Below, in pieces: positions 1-12,034 of a stretch of 64,000 bases of DNA. The notes under the pieces are model-generated. The model saw nothing but the letters and a program-made list of their open reading frames with translations. It was not told the origin of the DNA and did not search any database. The stretch covers positions 248,001 through 312,000 of the forward strand of contig CATOCA020000002.1 of assembly GCA_951406725.2 (NCBI GenBank). The letters run 5' to 3'. The translations under genes and the position numbers were made by a program. Positions within the stretch are counted from its first letter, which is position 1. The number at the start of each line of letters is the position of its first letter. The DNA is from Octopus vulgaris. Lineage: Eukaryota.

Positions 1-900
1 AACATGCAAAGGATACTGTACTCGTAAACTCCCTCTATGGAATTCAACAGGTGATGTTATAACATGGTTCCATTGCCTCTTAGGTAAGCATAAAACTTTC
101 TTATACAATTCAACATTTTGAATTATAATGCCACTATTTCCCTGATATTATTAAATAAGACATTGATATTTGCCTGGGATTTTGTCAACATCCTTCAATC
201 TGATATTGATATTATCCTAACTGTGGGCAAAAACGTTGATAAATTTAAAAAATTATAATTGGATTAGAAGCAACTCGACAAACTACTTTGATATTACCAT
301 GGGTTTGTCAGATTCAGTCCAAGTGACAGAACTAGTGGGTCTCTATCTACTGTCTCAAATTAGGAAAAGCTACCTAAACATATCTGGTGGGCTATACAAG
401 GATGATGCTCTATTTGCAGTAAAAGGTTTATCTAAACCAGAGATTGAATGAATTAAGAAGTCATTAAGAACATTTCTTTTGAATTTCTTTAATCTCAATA
501 TTGTATTCAAGACCGACACAAAAATAGTCAACTTTCTACATGTCACATTAAATTTAAACACTAAGTTATACTACCCATACAGTAAACCAAATCAAACATT
601 GCAGTATATTAACATCTCTTCTAATCATCTGAAATTAACCATCTACAGTATTATCACTGCCATCTCCATTAGAATGTTCAACCTACCAGTAAACGAGGAG
701 ATCTTTAATGCACACACACCAATTTATAATCATGCCCTGAAATCAAGCAGCTTTCATGACAATATTTTCTACATCCCTGACACCAAACTTAAAATTAAAA
801 TAGTAACTCTGATATGATTAAAATAACCCACCCATTAAATTATAAACCTATAAGAAGACCTGTCATTAACCCTGTTAAATTTTATAATCCTAATACTAAA
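1..900 (+). mobile_element. Decayed Penelope-like element, Naiad-type, reverse transcriptase fragment (runs off window start)
   Basis: ORFs 236-451 and 479-817 give FDITMGLSDSVQVTELVGLYLL...GGLYKDDAL and VNFLHVTLNL...PYSKPN...YINISSNH, matching Naiad RT motifs (FDVTMGSxDGAEVCELVGLY, GLYRDDGL); stops and frameshifts present. Confidence 0.8.
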
Positions 901-1039
901 AATTTTAATAAACATGCTCTCTCTCTCTCTATAAGTGAAATATATATATACATACTGATAAATACTTATAACATATTGGTGTTGTCCCTCCAGCACCTGG
1001 TACTTACTCTATCACTCTCTTTTTGTGAAACTAAGTTAG

Positions 1040-1257
1040 AGAGATGTAAGCACTCCAACACCAGTTGTCAAAAGGTGGTGGGGAATAAACACACACACAC
1101 ACACACATATGACAAGCTTCTTTCAGTTTTTGTCTACCAAATCTACCCAGAAGTCTTTGTTTGGCCTGAGGTTATAGTAGACACTTGCCCAGGGTGCTAT
1201 GCAGAACCATGTAGTTGGGAAGCAAGCTTCTTACCACAGAACCACACCTGTGCCTGA
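1040..1257 (-). mobile_element. tRNA-derived SINE
   Basis: Reverse complement reads CAGGTGTGGTTCTGTGGTAAGAAGCTTGCTTCCCAAC...; same family as 1294, 11084 and 42430. Confidence 0.7.
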
Positions 1258-1293
1258 CTATAAATATGCATACATACATACACTCACATATAT

Positions 1294-1440
1294 TGGTACA
1301 ATGAGCTTCCACTAAATTCATTCACAAAGCATTGGTTGGCCTAGGACTAAAGTAGAAGACATTTGCCCAAGCTGTCAAACAGTGGGACTGAACCTGAAAC
1401 CCTGTGGTTGGGAAGCAAGCTTCTTAACCATATAGCCATG
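1294..1440 (-). mobile_element. tRNA-derived SINE
   Basis: Reverse complement has A-box-like TGGCTATATGGTTAAG and B-box-like GGTTCAGTCCC. Confidence 0.7.
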
Positions 1441-1494
1441 AATGACCATATATTAACAATATCACACTGCCAAGTTATCCCACTAATCAACATC

Positions 1495-1638
1495 CTCATC
1501 ATCATTTAATATCCATTGTCCATGCTGGCATAGGTTGACCGGCTTGATTAGAGCTGGCAAGCTGAGGAGTTGCACCAGACTTCAGTTTGATTTGGCATGG
1601 TTTCCACGGCTGGGTGCCCTTCCTAACGCCAACCACTT
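1495..1638 (-). mobile_element. RTE LINE 3' tail fragment
   Basis: Matches the 3' ends of the long RTE copies (GGATGCCCTTCCTAACGCCAACCAC-type motif) with a (CAT)n tail. Confidence 0.7.
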
Positions 1639-1659
1639 TAGATATATATATAAATTTAT

Positions 1660-1835
1660 AGAACATAAAAAAAAAACAAAGACAGATGTATGAACAAGTA
1701 AGTGTATTAACTTGATGCTCGGGAAAAATGAAAAAGTTTTTTGTTTCAAGCCTACACTCTTCAAAAGAAAGAAATAAGAGAAAATAAACAGAGAGAGAAT
1801 GAAAAAAATTATAGATTTCAGTGGTGCAACATGGT
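1660..1835 (-). mobile_element. Neptune-type PLE 3' terminal fragment with decayed hammerhead-like motif (1733-1770)
   Basis: Similar to 38990-39150 and to the reverse complement of 14200-14300; minus strand TTTTGAA-GAGT-GTAG-GCTT-GAAAC. Confidence 0.55.
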
Positions 1836-1894
1836 GAATGGGTCGAAAAACAAAAGAGGTTGAAAGAAAGGAAGATGATAATAAAAAAGAAGTT

Positions 1895-3125
1895 GGATGA
1901 ACAATATACATCATGGCTTCCATCCAGGAAGAAGTTGCCTCAGACAACTCCTACTGCACTATGACTGAGTTTTGAAACAACTATTTCACCATTTAGATGT
2001 CAGCATGATATCAAATACCTTGACTTTGCATAAGCATTTGATAAAGTAGATCATGGCATGATATGTTGCAAGCTACAAGACCTTGGCATTGTTGGTAAAC
2101 TGGCAGAATGGCTACATGAGTTCCTTAAAGACAGAAGTCAGGTAGTTGCAGCCAATGGTGTCCTTTCTGAAGAAACTCAAATCCTAAGTGGAACTGTTCT
2201 GGGACCATAACTGATCATAATAGCCCTCTTAGACATGCCCATGGCTACTAGCTATGCAGATGATACAAAATTATCACAGGCAATAACAAATCAAGATGAT
2301 GTCGCAAGCTTTCGATGGGACCTGAATTCGATATACAAGTGGGCTGAAATAAACAACATGCAGTTTAATGCTGGAAAATTTCAAGTACTGCACTATCAAC
2401 TCACAAATGCACTACAGTTTGCATATACAGCACCCAAATGCACTACAATCTCAGAGTCAAAGGCAGTGAAAGACTTGGGGATTGGTATGGGCAATAATGC
2501 ATCATCTTATATGCACATTACCAAAATGGCAGCTAAGTGCAGACAACTGGTTGGATGGATATTGAGGTCTTTCAAGACAAGACACCAAGAAACTATGTTG
2601 ACCCAGTGGAGAACCTTTGTCATTGGCCCTCTGAACTACTGTTCCCAGTTATGGTCACCACATAGTGCCAATCTAACAGCAGAACTTGAAACAGTCTAAT
2701 GCCACTACACTTAAAAGACTGAAACAGTGAATAGGCTGAGTAAACTGCAATTTTACTCCCTGGAATGAAGGTGTGACAGATATGCAATAATCTACATATG
2801 GAAAACTTTTGAAGGGCTAGTACCTAATTTCGGCATTGAGTGTTATGCAAACACCAGAACTGGCTGCCATTGTATTGTACCAAAGGTACTATCCACCCCT
2901 TCTAAATTCAGGACCAGGTACTGTAATAGTCTATGGTTGAAAGGCTCACAGCTCTTCAAAACCCTGCCACAAAAATTAAGAAATCTGCATAAAGTGGAAA
3001 TAGATGTCTTCAAAAAGGAACTAGACATCCTCCTCTCCACAATACCAGATGAACCAACAGCCTGACACAAAGTGCAGACAAGGCAGTGAAATCAAACACC
3101 CATATAAATCAAATGTACCAACATC
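1895..3125 (+). mobile_element. CR1-group LINE, decayed RT and 3' part
   Basis: HGFHPGRSCLRQL, FDKVDHG, SYADDTK, LNYCSQLWSP motifs with stops; same family as 7445 and 14495 copies. Confidence 0.85.
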
Positions 3126-3249
3126 TGGGACAAAGGTACATACAGAAGTCGTGATGTGAAACACCCCAAGCTGAGGAAATCAGAAAGACCACAGTGATGC
3201 TTCAGTATCACTGAAGCCACATGGGGGAAACAAGTAAAAGTGCAAGAGA

Positions 3250-3326
<77 letters not shown>

Positions 3327-3331
3327 TATAT

Positions 3332-3479
3332 CATCATCATCATCATCATCATCATTTAGCGTCCGCTTTCCATGCTAGCATGGGTTAAACGGTTCAACTG
3401 GGGTCTGGGAAGCCTGAAGGCTGCACCAGGCCCAGTCTGATCTGGCAATGTTTCTATGGCTGGATGCCCTTCCTAACGC

Positions 3480-3482
<3 letters not shown>
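3332..3482 (-). mobile_element. RTE LINE 3' tail fragment within TA microsatellite
   Basis: (CAT)n tail followed by GTCCGCTTTCCATGCTAGCATGGGTT, as at the ends of the long RTE copies. Confidence 0.75.
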
Positions 3483-3513
<31 letters not shown>

Positions 3514-3521
3514 AAATTAGT

Positions 3522-4198
3522 GTTAGAGTGACCACATGTGGACTCTCTCTTAATATTTGTATTAATAATTTTTACTGTATCCCAGTCTTTTTATACGCTA
3601 GGCCACTTGGTGTTTTAAATTGATGTTATTAATTAATATTCAATTTTTTTCACCCTTATTGTGATTTTAATTATAAATTAATATGTTCTCAAACCGGCTG
3701 TTAATTACTGGGGTAGTATTTACATCTGGGGATTCAACGCGCCAGAATGAGGATATCTGAACGTAACTGCGAATATAATCGGCTATACTGTTCGCCTTTG
3801 TTCGGCTTCGTGTGGATTTTGCCGTTCGGTCCAGCAAATTATAGTTTTGATATACTCTACTGACAATTCGAAAATGATTATGTAAGTAAAATTACACAAT
3901 CTATTAACGATGAAACAATTGTATAGAGTTAATCTATTTTTTCGTTATTTTTCATTTGTCCTGCTCGCTTACATTCTTGGCGTGTTGTATTAATTCTTGA
4001 GAACAATTCTTTAGTGGTGGATTCCCTTTGTGGATCTATATCTAGCGTTAGAGTGACCACATGTGGAGTCTCTCTTAATATTTGTATTAATAATTTTTAC
4101 TGTATCCCAGTCTTTTTATACGCTAGGCCACTTGGTGTTTTAAATTGATGTTATTAATTAATTTTCAATTTTTTTCATCCTTATTGTGATTTTAATTA
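3522..4198 (+). repeat. Partial tandem repeat (period 525 bp; 3522-3672 repeated at 4047-4198), PLE pseudo-LTR-like, flanked by TA tracts
   Basis: GTTAGAGTGACCACATGTGGA...ATTGTGATTTTAATTAT occurs twice with few differences; hammerhead motif lies between the copies. Confidence 0.85.
3854..3929 (+). ncRNA. Type I hammerhead ribozyme motif, probably decayed
   Basis: Helix I ACTCTA/TAGAGT; core CTGACAA (G8>A); helix II TCG...CGA; GAAAC-AATT-GTA with palindromic helix III. Confidence 0.7.
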
Positions 4199-4619
4199 TG
4201 TATATATACATATGTACATATTTATCTATTTATATATGTATGTATATATATATGTATATATATATATGTATATATATATATATGTATATATTTATATATA
4301 TTATAAAAGAGGAATGTAAAAATATATTACGCAGGATACACTGTAAACAATTCAAATTATTTACAACTATATCAGTGCCAGAACATGCAATTAAAAAATT
4401 TCTTTATAACCTTTTATTTTTATTTAGATTTAACTATGTCATATTGCCCACCAGCAGTTTTTATTGTGAAGAGATATAATATGAGTAGTTCTGGTGGCAT
4501 TAAAGCAGTTTTGATTGGTATTTCTAGACATGTAAGGATTTTTACAACTCTGTTATAATTGTGATTTATTCACAATTATACACTCTTCTTTTATATATGA
4601 TATATATATATATATATAT

Positions 4620-4832
4620 ATCATCATCATCGTTTAATGTCACTTTTCCATGCTGGCATGGGTTGGACGGTTTGACTGAGGTGTGGAGAGCCATCAGTTG
4701 CACCAGGCTCCATTCTGATCTGGCAATGTTTCTACATCTGGATGCCCTTCTTAATGCCAACCACTCTGAGAGTGCAGTGGGTGCTTTTTATGTGCCACTG
4801 GTACAGGAGCCACTCAGGCAGGCCTGGCATCA
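4620..4832 (-). mobile_element. RTE LINE 3' tail fragment
   Basis: (CAT)n tail plus conserved RTE 3' UTR. Confidence 0.75.
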
Positions 4833-4899
4833 TTTATATATATATATATATATATATATTTGTATATACATAAATGTATGTGTATTTTTCAATGTGTAC

Positions 4900-6890
4900 A
4901 AATAATAAGAAAAAATAAATAAATAGTTACCAGGGTAGCAAAAATTCACATAAGTGCCAAGGATACCACAGCCCACCTATAAAGGTAGAAATTCCAGAGT
5001 TAAGTGAAATGCTTTTGTATAACAAGAATAAATTAAGAAATGGAGTCAAACAAAGGTGTTATTCAAATCATTTATACTTCCAACATATGTTTCGAATTAA
5101 GCATTGATATTATTGTGGAGGGAATTAAAATGATGTAAAACAATGCAGTCATCTCATCAGAGAAAAAGGGAAACAAAACACATCAATAAGCCATTTTAAC
5201 TTACTGTGATTACCATGTATATCATGAAGGAGAATGCTAGCAAGTTATTTTTAAAAAATCCGTTAATAGATTTCACGTCAACGGTAATTTAGAGAAAGAG
5301 AACGAGGAGAAAGAAAGAAATTAATTGAAAATTAAGAATGGAAAAATATAGTGTGATACTATATTGTATAGTGTGATGAATGGAAATAAAGTTTAAAAGT
5401 GTGGAAATAGATATATGTAGTGGAAATGAAATGTAAGAAGACAGGTCAAAAAATTTATAGATTCGTATAAATTACTGACAGGAACTAAAGGTATGTTTTT
5501 GCCAATGTTTACAACAATAAACGTGTTCTTTAAATGTGTTTACAAGTGTATTCTTTGAGAAAAGAAATTGCTCTTTGTTACAAAGTTGACGTAAAGATTT
5601 ACCTTTGTCACATAGGAAGGATCTAGATAGAATTTTCCATTCCAAATTGAATTGTTTATTATGTTCCTTTAGAGACCAAATTCATTTACTAAGCCCAGTG
5701 TTGTTGCAATTATTGATATGTCTAAAAAGACATCAGGACTGGAAGTCATTTTACATTGATAAACAAAGTTTTTAGTCTTAGAATTACTGCTAAAGAAACG
5801 AATACAATTCAAATTCATATCAGAAATATTAATATTGTTGTTATTATTGTTCAAAGAATGGTTAGCATTAATAATATCACTCATATTATTTTCATTAAGT
5901 GGATGTGTATTTAACAAATCATTGCTGTGAGATGAAATGATTTGTGAAAGGTTTTTGGTGTTTGAAAAACCTAACCTCAATTGGTGTTAATTGATAATGG
6001 ACTTTTTTGGAAAATTCTTATCTATAGTTTCACGAAACTGGTAAGGGAAGTTCGATTTGTTCTGCTTATCTGGATTTGGTTAAAAAGAGACGATGAGCGA
6101 TGGCTAGAAGTATATTGAATTCTTCATAACCAGCTGATCTAGCAAGCGGGGCCTCATATCAGTGAGGGGGGCCGCTGCGCATTGATGCCGTCAAGAGGTA
6201 GGCCCCGAAACGGCGCGCATTCTCTCCTGATGACCCCATACACTTGCTAGCTTCTGGTATACGGAGCTTTTAACTGGTAGCACTTGCATGTGCAAGTTGT
6301 TTGCAAGACATATGGAATGATCAGCCAAACTGTTTCACTAGCAGACACATTGTTATTAGGATAATTATCTTTAAGAATAATGGGATGTAAAGAATATCTC
6401 CCTTAATCTGCAAAATTACATTTTTTCTTTTAGTGTTGTTATTTGAACTAAAATTTATATTGTTATTACCGTTATGATGTGTTTTCATGTCCTGATTAAT
6501 AGAGGCAGAATTAATGTCAATAGGGTTAATATAGGTAATTTTTTCTTTGTAGTCTGCTTTAAGTAAAGCAGAATTATAAAAATTTGGCTTTATCATTGAA
6601 GAATTCAACATTAGCAGATAATAAAGAAAGTCCAAGTGAAATATTTCTCACTAAATTCCTTGCAATAGCCTTTGGATGATTACTGAAAGAGCTAATATAG
6701 TTTAAATTAGTTGAGGGTTAATGGCATGGGAAATATGAATCATTATATAAGTTAAGGGTAATATCCAAAAAGTTGGCTTTAGTTATATTATCATTGAAAA
6801 TAATGTTTAAGCTCATGTTTTGGAAAAATTTAACAAACTTATTTTTAACACTTTGCAATTTTTGGTTAGAAACATTTTCAAGGTAGAGTA
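4900..6890 (-). mobile_element. Decayed Naiad-type PLE (RT C-terminus, GIY-YIG endonuclease, 3' region), interrupted at 6034-6331
   Basis: Minus-strand translations include FVYQC, KEHNKQFNLEWKILSRSF...QLCNKEQF and RLGFSNTKNLSQIISSH; hammerhead in the 3' region. Confidence 0.7.
5076..5166 (-). ncRNA. Type I hammerhead ribozyme motif, decayed
   Basis: Minus strand TTTCT-CTGATGA-GATGACTGCATTG...CAATGCTTAATTC-GAAAC-ATAT-GTT-GGAAG. Confidence 0.65.
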
Positions 6891-6999
6891 AAATGAATAT
6901 CTATATATAAAAATAAACAATATATGAATAAATAATATATATTTTTTTCCGCTCAAAGCTGCAGCCATGCTGGGACCGCGCTGCTTAGCAACACTGTTA

Positions 7000-7405
7000 A
7001 GAAAGGCTGAAGACGCTCGACCTTTATTCTCTAGGAAAACGCCGCCGCCGTGGAGATCTCATTCTTGCTCACAACATCATAAGCGGAAAGTGTAATCTCT
7101 CGAAAGAGCTGTTCTTCACTCCTGCTCCAGAGTGTCGGCTGCGGGGTCATTCTGAAAAGCTCTATCTGTGACGATTTCATCTCAATCGAAGGAGAGGTGC
7201 TTTCTCCGTCTGGGTCGCGGATCTGTGGAATAAGCTGCTAGACGAGATGGTGAAGATGCCGACGACCGCTCGGTTCAAAGTCTCTCTTGACCTCAAGTGG
7301 CCTGAACTCTTTACATGAACACCACCCTGTACATAACTCCATGTCCCCCTACATGGTCTTGCTTTTTGCTTTTTTAGCCAAAAAATTAACTAACTAACTA
7401 ACTAA
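7000..7405 (+). mobile_element. CR1 LINE 3' end with (TAAC)n tail
   Basis: Translates to RLKTLDLYSLGKRRRRGDLILAHNII...RLRGHSEKL...LWNKL...FKVSLD (CR1 ORF2 C-terminus); ends in AACTAACTAACTAACTAA. Confidence 0.85.
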
Positions 7406-7444
7406 TAGAAGCTTCTTTTATATGTGTCATTCGATAAATAAGGA

Positions 7445-8920
7445 AGTTTCATATCACTACCTTCATTTGCACCTCTTGCTGCGAGATAGGTTCATCTGGA
7501 ACTCTCGACGGGGAGAATTCCGATTCAGATTTGAAAACCCCTACATCCCCTTTGTGTAGATCCCTCAGGCACTTTGGGAGAATATTAAAAAGCTGTGGGC
7601 ACCTGAAAACCAGGCTGTTAAAGTAAATGGTCCTGAAGCATGATGGCATAGCTGGGATCTTTGGCACTGTGCAATGTCATCCTGTTCCAGCATTGGTGTA
7701 GCTTTCAATGCCAAAATTTGGCATAATTCCTTCCAGATGTATATTACTGCATACCTCTCCCGTCTTCTCTCCAGGGAGTAGAGTCTTAGCTGTTTCAACC
7801 TTTCCCAGTAGCTGAGCTGTTGCAAAGAGACGATCTTCTTTGTGAATCTTCTCTGGATTGCTTCAAGGTCCACTGTTAATTTCACACTGGTGGGTGACCA
7901 TAGCTGTGAGCAGTAATTCAGGCGGCTGAAAATGAATGTCCTCCATAGGACCATCATGGGTCTGAATGTTCTCAGGATCCATCCAGTTAGTCATCTGCAC
8001 TTTGTCGCCATCCTGGTAATGTACACTTGGAAAGAGGTATCATCACCCATGTCGATACCCAGGTCCCTCATTGATTTAGGATCAGGGATTTTAATCCCCT
8101 GTGGACCAGTGTACCCTGTAAGTTTCATATTCAGTTTTGGATGCTGGTAGCACAGGGCTTGGATTTTTCAGCATTAAACAGCATATTATTATCCTCAGCC
8201 CATCTGTAAATTGAGTCCAACTCCTGCTACAGATGTGCAACATCGCTGGGGTTCTGTATTTTCTGCGAAGCTAGCAAGGGTGGCTATCCAGGCAGTTGAG
8301 GTCATATTTTGAGAGGGCCACTATGAAAAGCAGCATTCCAAGGCAGTGCCCTGTGAAACACCACTCACTATTTGTGGTTTCATTGAGGTGGCCACTACTG
8401 CCTGATTTCTATCTTTCAGGAAGTCATGTAATGACTCTCCAAGTTTTCCAGCTATGCCAAGATCATGCAGTTTGTGGCATATCATACCACGATCCACTTT
8501 GTCGAAAGCTTTTGCAATATCAAGGTATATTACGTCCACATTTGAGTTGTTGAGTAAGTGCCTCAACACCCAGTCATAATGTTGTAAGAGTTGGGTTGGG
8601 CAGTTCCTACCTGGTCAAAAGCCATGCTGGGTATCACTCAGCAAATTATTTTCTTCAAGGAATGCAATTAGTTTCCCTCTATCTGTTCCATGACTTTGCT
8701 GATGTATGAAGTCAGAGAGATAGGACTATAGTTTTTGGCATCTGCTCTGCTTTATGGATTGGGCATATTATTCCCTCTTACAGCTTCCTTTGAAGCCTGC
8801 CTTCTGCAAGAAAGCTCTGGAAGAGAATCTGGAGGGGTTATCCTAGGGTATACTTACACACTTTGAGGAGGATTGCTGGAAACCATCAGGACCAGCAGTT
8901 AAATTTGCGTCCACCTCACC
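7445..8920 (-). mobile_element. CR1-group LINE, decayed RT
   Basis: DVIYLDIAKAFDKVD, RLNYCSQLWSP, SLERRRERYAVIYIWK in ORFs 8321-8569 and 7565-7957. Confidence 0.85.
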
Positions 8921-8971
8921 TATCTATCTATATATATAAGTAATATATATATATATGTATATATATTTAAA

Positions 8972-9033
8972 TGGCGGTGCCCCAGCATGGCCACAGCTCG
9001 TGAGCTGAAACTAGAATCAATCAATCAATCAAT
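8972..9033 (+). mobile_element. Extremely 5'-truncated CR1-group LINE terminus with (ATCA)n tail
   Basis: TGGCGGTGCCCCAGCATGGCCACAGCTCGTGAGCTGAAACTAG matches the 3' terminus of the LINE at 14495. Confidence 0.7.
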
Positions 9034-9063
9034 ATAAATAATGTATATATATATATATTTCTA

Positions 9064-10236
9064 TCATCATCATCATCATTGTTTAATGCCCGCTTTCCAT
9101 GCTAGCATGGGTTGGACGATTTGACTGAGGACAGTCAAACCAAATGACAGCACCAGGCTCCAATCTGATCTGGCAGAGATTCTACAGCTGGATGCCCTTC
9201 CTAATGCCCACCACTCCGAGAGTGTAGTAGGTGCTTTTAAGTACCACTGGCATGAAGGCCAGTCAGGCAGTACTGGCAACGGCCATGCTCAAATGGTGTT
9301 TATTACATGCCACCTGCACAAGAGCCAGTCCAGCGGCACTGGCAATGACCTCGCTTGAATGTTTTTTCATGTGCCACCAGCACAAGTGCCAGTAAGGCGG
9401 CGCTGGTAACGATCATGCTCAAATGGTGCTTTTTACATGCCACCAGCACAGAAGCCAGTCAGCTGCTCTGGCAACAATCACACTCAGATGGTGCACTTAG
9501 TGCTCCACTAGCATGGATGCCAGTCATCAAATTTGATTTTGATTTCGATTTCACTTGCCGCAACAGGTCTTCGCAAGCAGGGTTTAGTGTCCAATGAAGG
9601 AAAGGTAAGCATAAGTGGGCTGGTTACACCCCTGGCATAGGTCACAGATTATGGTCTCACTTGGCTTGCTGGGTCTTCTCAAGCACAGCATATTTCTAAA
9701 GGTCTTGGTCACTAGTCATTGCCTCGGTGAGGCCTAATATTCAAAGGTCATGCTTCACCACCTCATCCCAGGTCTTCCTGGCTCTGCCTCTTCCACAGGT
9801 TCCCTCAACCGCTATGGTGTGGCACTTTTTCACACAACTATCCTCATCCATTCTCACCATATGCCCATACCAGCACACTACATCTGATGCTTCTTAGGTC
9901 CAACTTTTCTCTTGAGGTACTTACATTCTGTCAAGTATGCACACTGATATTACACATCCATTGCATCATACTGGCTTCATTCCTTGTGAGTTTACGCATG
10001 TCCTCAGCAGTCACGGCCTATGTTTCACTGCTATGTAGCATGGCTGTTTGTACACATCATACAGTCTACCTTTTATTCTGAGTGAGAAGCCCTTTGTCAC
10101 CAGCAAAGGTAAGAGCTCTCTGAACTTTGCCCAGGCTATTCTTATTCTAGTAGCTACACTTTTTAGCGCACCCTCCCTTGTTACTGACTTGGTCACCTAG
10201 GTAATGGAAGCTATCAACTACTTCTAGTTTTTCTCT
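9064..10236 (-). mobile_element. RTE LINE 3' portion
   Basis: RIRIAWAKFRELLPLLVTKGFSLRIKGRLYD in ORF 10011-10196; repetitive 3' UTR; (CAT)n tail. Confidence 0.9.
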
Positions 10237-10439
10237 CCGGATGTGGAGAACATAAAAATGGATGGATTCACCTTCTCTGGGAAGTTAACAATCTTTTTAA
10301 AAACTTTTTATAAAACTGTGCATCATTAGAAAGCATTTTAAGTCTACTTATAATTTGACTTTAAATTTCATAGAACTCATTCCAAATACTTCATGAGGAT
10401 AGTCAAACTCTCTAGGATGTCTGAAAAACATATATGTGA

Positions 10440-10528
10440 TTTAGCTGATGAATACTGGACATTTGTATTTGCAGCAATATTTGCAGCTTTAAATAAAATT
10501 GTTCTTAGTATGAAACAATTGTACTAAA
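10440..10528 (+). ncRNA. Type I hammerhead ribozyme with intact catalytic core
   Basis: Helix I TTTAG/CTAAA; CTGATGA at 10445; helix II ATACTG...TAGTAT with long loop; GAAAC-AATT-GTA, predicted cleavage after 10523. Confidence 0.85.
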
Positions 10529-10680
10529 CTACTAATCCATTCTTGTTGCTTTTTTCTTGGTTATAATCACCCCACATTATTTTATGGTTAATACCATAAA
10601 GAATTCTGGTGCATCTAAGTTAAGTACCATATTCATTTGAATTCATTGGAATTCACTTGAATTTTAATTGTTTTTGCTGA

Positions 10681-10719
<39 letters not shown>

Positions 10720-10722
10720 TAG

Positions 10723-10753
<31 letters not shown>

Positions 10754-11005
10754 GAAAGATATATATACATATATATGATATATATATATATATATGAGAT
10801 ATATATATATATAATCAAAATAAGCAACAATGTAAGTATTACATTGTTTAATTAAATGAAGTAGCATGAAACGATTGTACTACACTAACTTTGGACATCC
10901 TTGTTGCTTATTTTGATTATAATTATCCCATTTGATTGATATGGATAATACCATACCAAATTCTGGTACCATATTCATCTGAATCTAAAATTTTTGCTGA
11001 ACTTA
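10490..11005 (+). repeat. Two diverged tandem copies of a PLE pseudo-LTR end (10490-10685 and 10845-11005); the second keeps only the 3' half of the hammerhead
   Basis: Both contain ATGAAAC(A/G)ATTGTACTA...CTTGTTGCTT...ATACCATA...ATTCTGGT...TACCATATTCAT...TTTTGCTGAA; third relative at 38810-38890. Confidence 0.7.
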
Positions 11006-11019
11006 TATATATATGTGTG

Positions 11020-11070
<51 letters not shown>

Positions 11071-11083
11071 TATATAAGTAATA

Positions 11084-11200
11084 TAGGTGCAGGAGTGTTT
11101 GTGTGGTAAGTAGCTTGCTTACCAACCACATGGTTCCAGGTTCAGTCCCACTGCATGGCACCTTGTAAATGAATTTGGTAGAAAACTGAAAGAAGCCCGT

Positions 11201-11202
<2 letters not shown>
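11084..11202 (+). mobile_element. tRNA-derived SINE (internally deleted)
   Basis: GTGTGGTAAGTAGCTTGCTT...GGTTCAGTCCC A/B box-like motifs. Confidence 0.7.
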
Positions 11203-11249
<47 letters not shown>

Positions 11250-11405
11250 TATATGTATATATATCAATAATGTATATATATATATAACAAATATAAGGGT
11301 AAATAATTATTAATTTTAAATTAATAAATTTTACCAAGTAGTTTCAGTATGAAAGAGAACCATTATCGGTAGGAACTTTTACAAAAAGTTTTATTATATT
11401 TAAAT

Positions 11406-11775
11406 ATAATTAAGGGTTAAGCAACAAGTTGCTTAACCACATACTGAAAATTTTGAAATAGCAGCCAAAGACAGCTTATTCCTGTATACTACAGATATTA
11501 CTCCACAGATAACACTTGTAACTCACATAGGCAAAAGAAGAAAATTAACGAAATCAAACAGTCTTCGGTTAATTGTGGATGCGTTTCTGGGTTAGAATAA
11601 TACAAATTCATTCCTGTCCTCAGCACAATAATTCAATAATGCTTGCCTATGTGAGTTACAAGTGTTGTTATCTGTGGAGTAATATCTGTAGTAAAAAGAA
11701 ATAAGCTGTCTTTGGCTGCTATTTCTAAATTTTTGATATGTGGTTAAGCAACTTAGTTGCTTAACCCTTAATTAT
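11406..11775. repeat. Inverted repeat with ~130-bp arms (11406-11534 and 11644-11775)
   Basis: TAAGGGTTAAGCAAC...ACTCACATAGGCAA is mirrored by TTGCCTATGTGAGT...GTTGCTTAACCCTTA. Confidence 0.9.
11572..11629 (-). ncRNA. Decayed hammerhead motif in the spacer of the inverted repeat
   Basis: Minus strand TTGTG-CTGAGGA-CAGG...CCCA-GAAAC-GC-ATC-CACAA; the three deviations are all explained by CpG decay of CGGG/CCCG and GCGTC. Confidence 0.6.
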
Positions 11776-12034
11776 GCATATATATCTGTTTTTCTGTTGT
11801 AAAAAAATGGCTTTTCCGTTTTCGTTTCTGTTGAGTTCTACGTCTAGTTGTGGTGTCCTGTACTCTCGTATATATATATTTATATATGCATGTATATATA
11901 CATGTAGATGTAGGTACGTACATATATGTTTGTATGTATGCATATATTTTATTTATTACACTATATATATATATATATATAATAAATCTCTGAATGAGGT
12001 ATAAACAGTAGCTGCACGACAATGTGAAGTATAT

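Noticed and set aside
6180-6240. CTGATGA and GAAAC close together as a hammerhead
   Set aside because: Order and pairing do not fit any hammerhead topology (CCCC lies on both would-be helix II strands)
11084-11160. tRNA gene
   Set aside because: A/B-box head continues into a SINE body shared by four copies; no complete cloverleaf seen
11330-11375. Possible further hammerhead on the minus strand (CCGATAA...GAAAC)
   Set aside because: Too many core and helix mismatches to support
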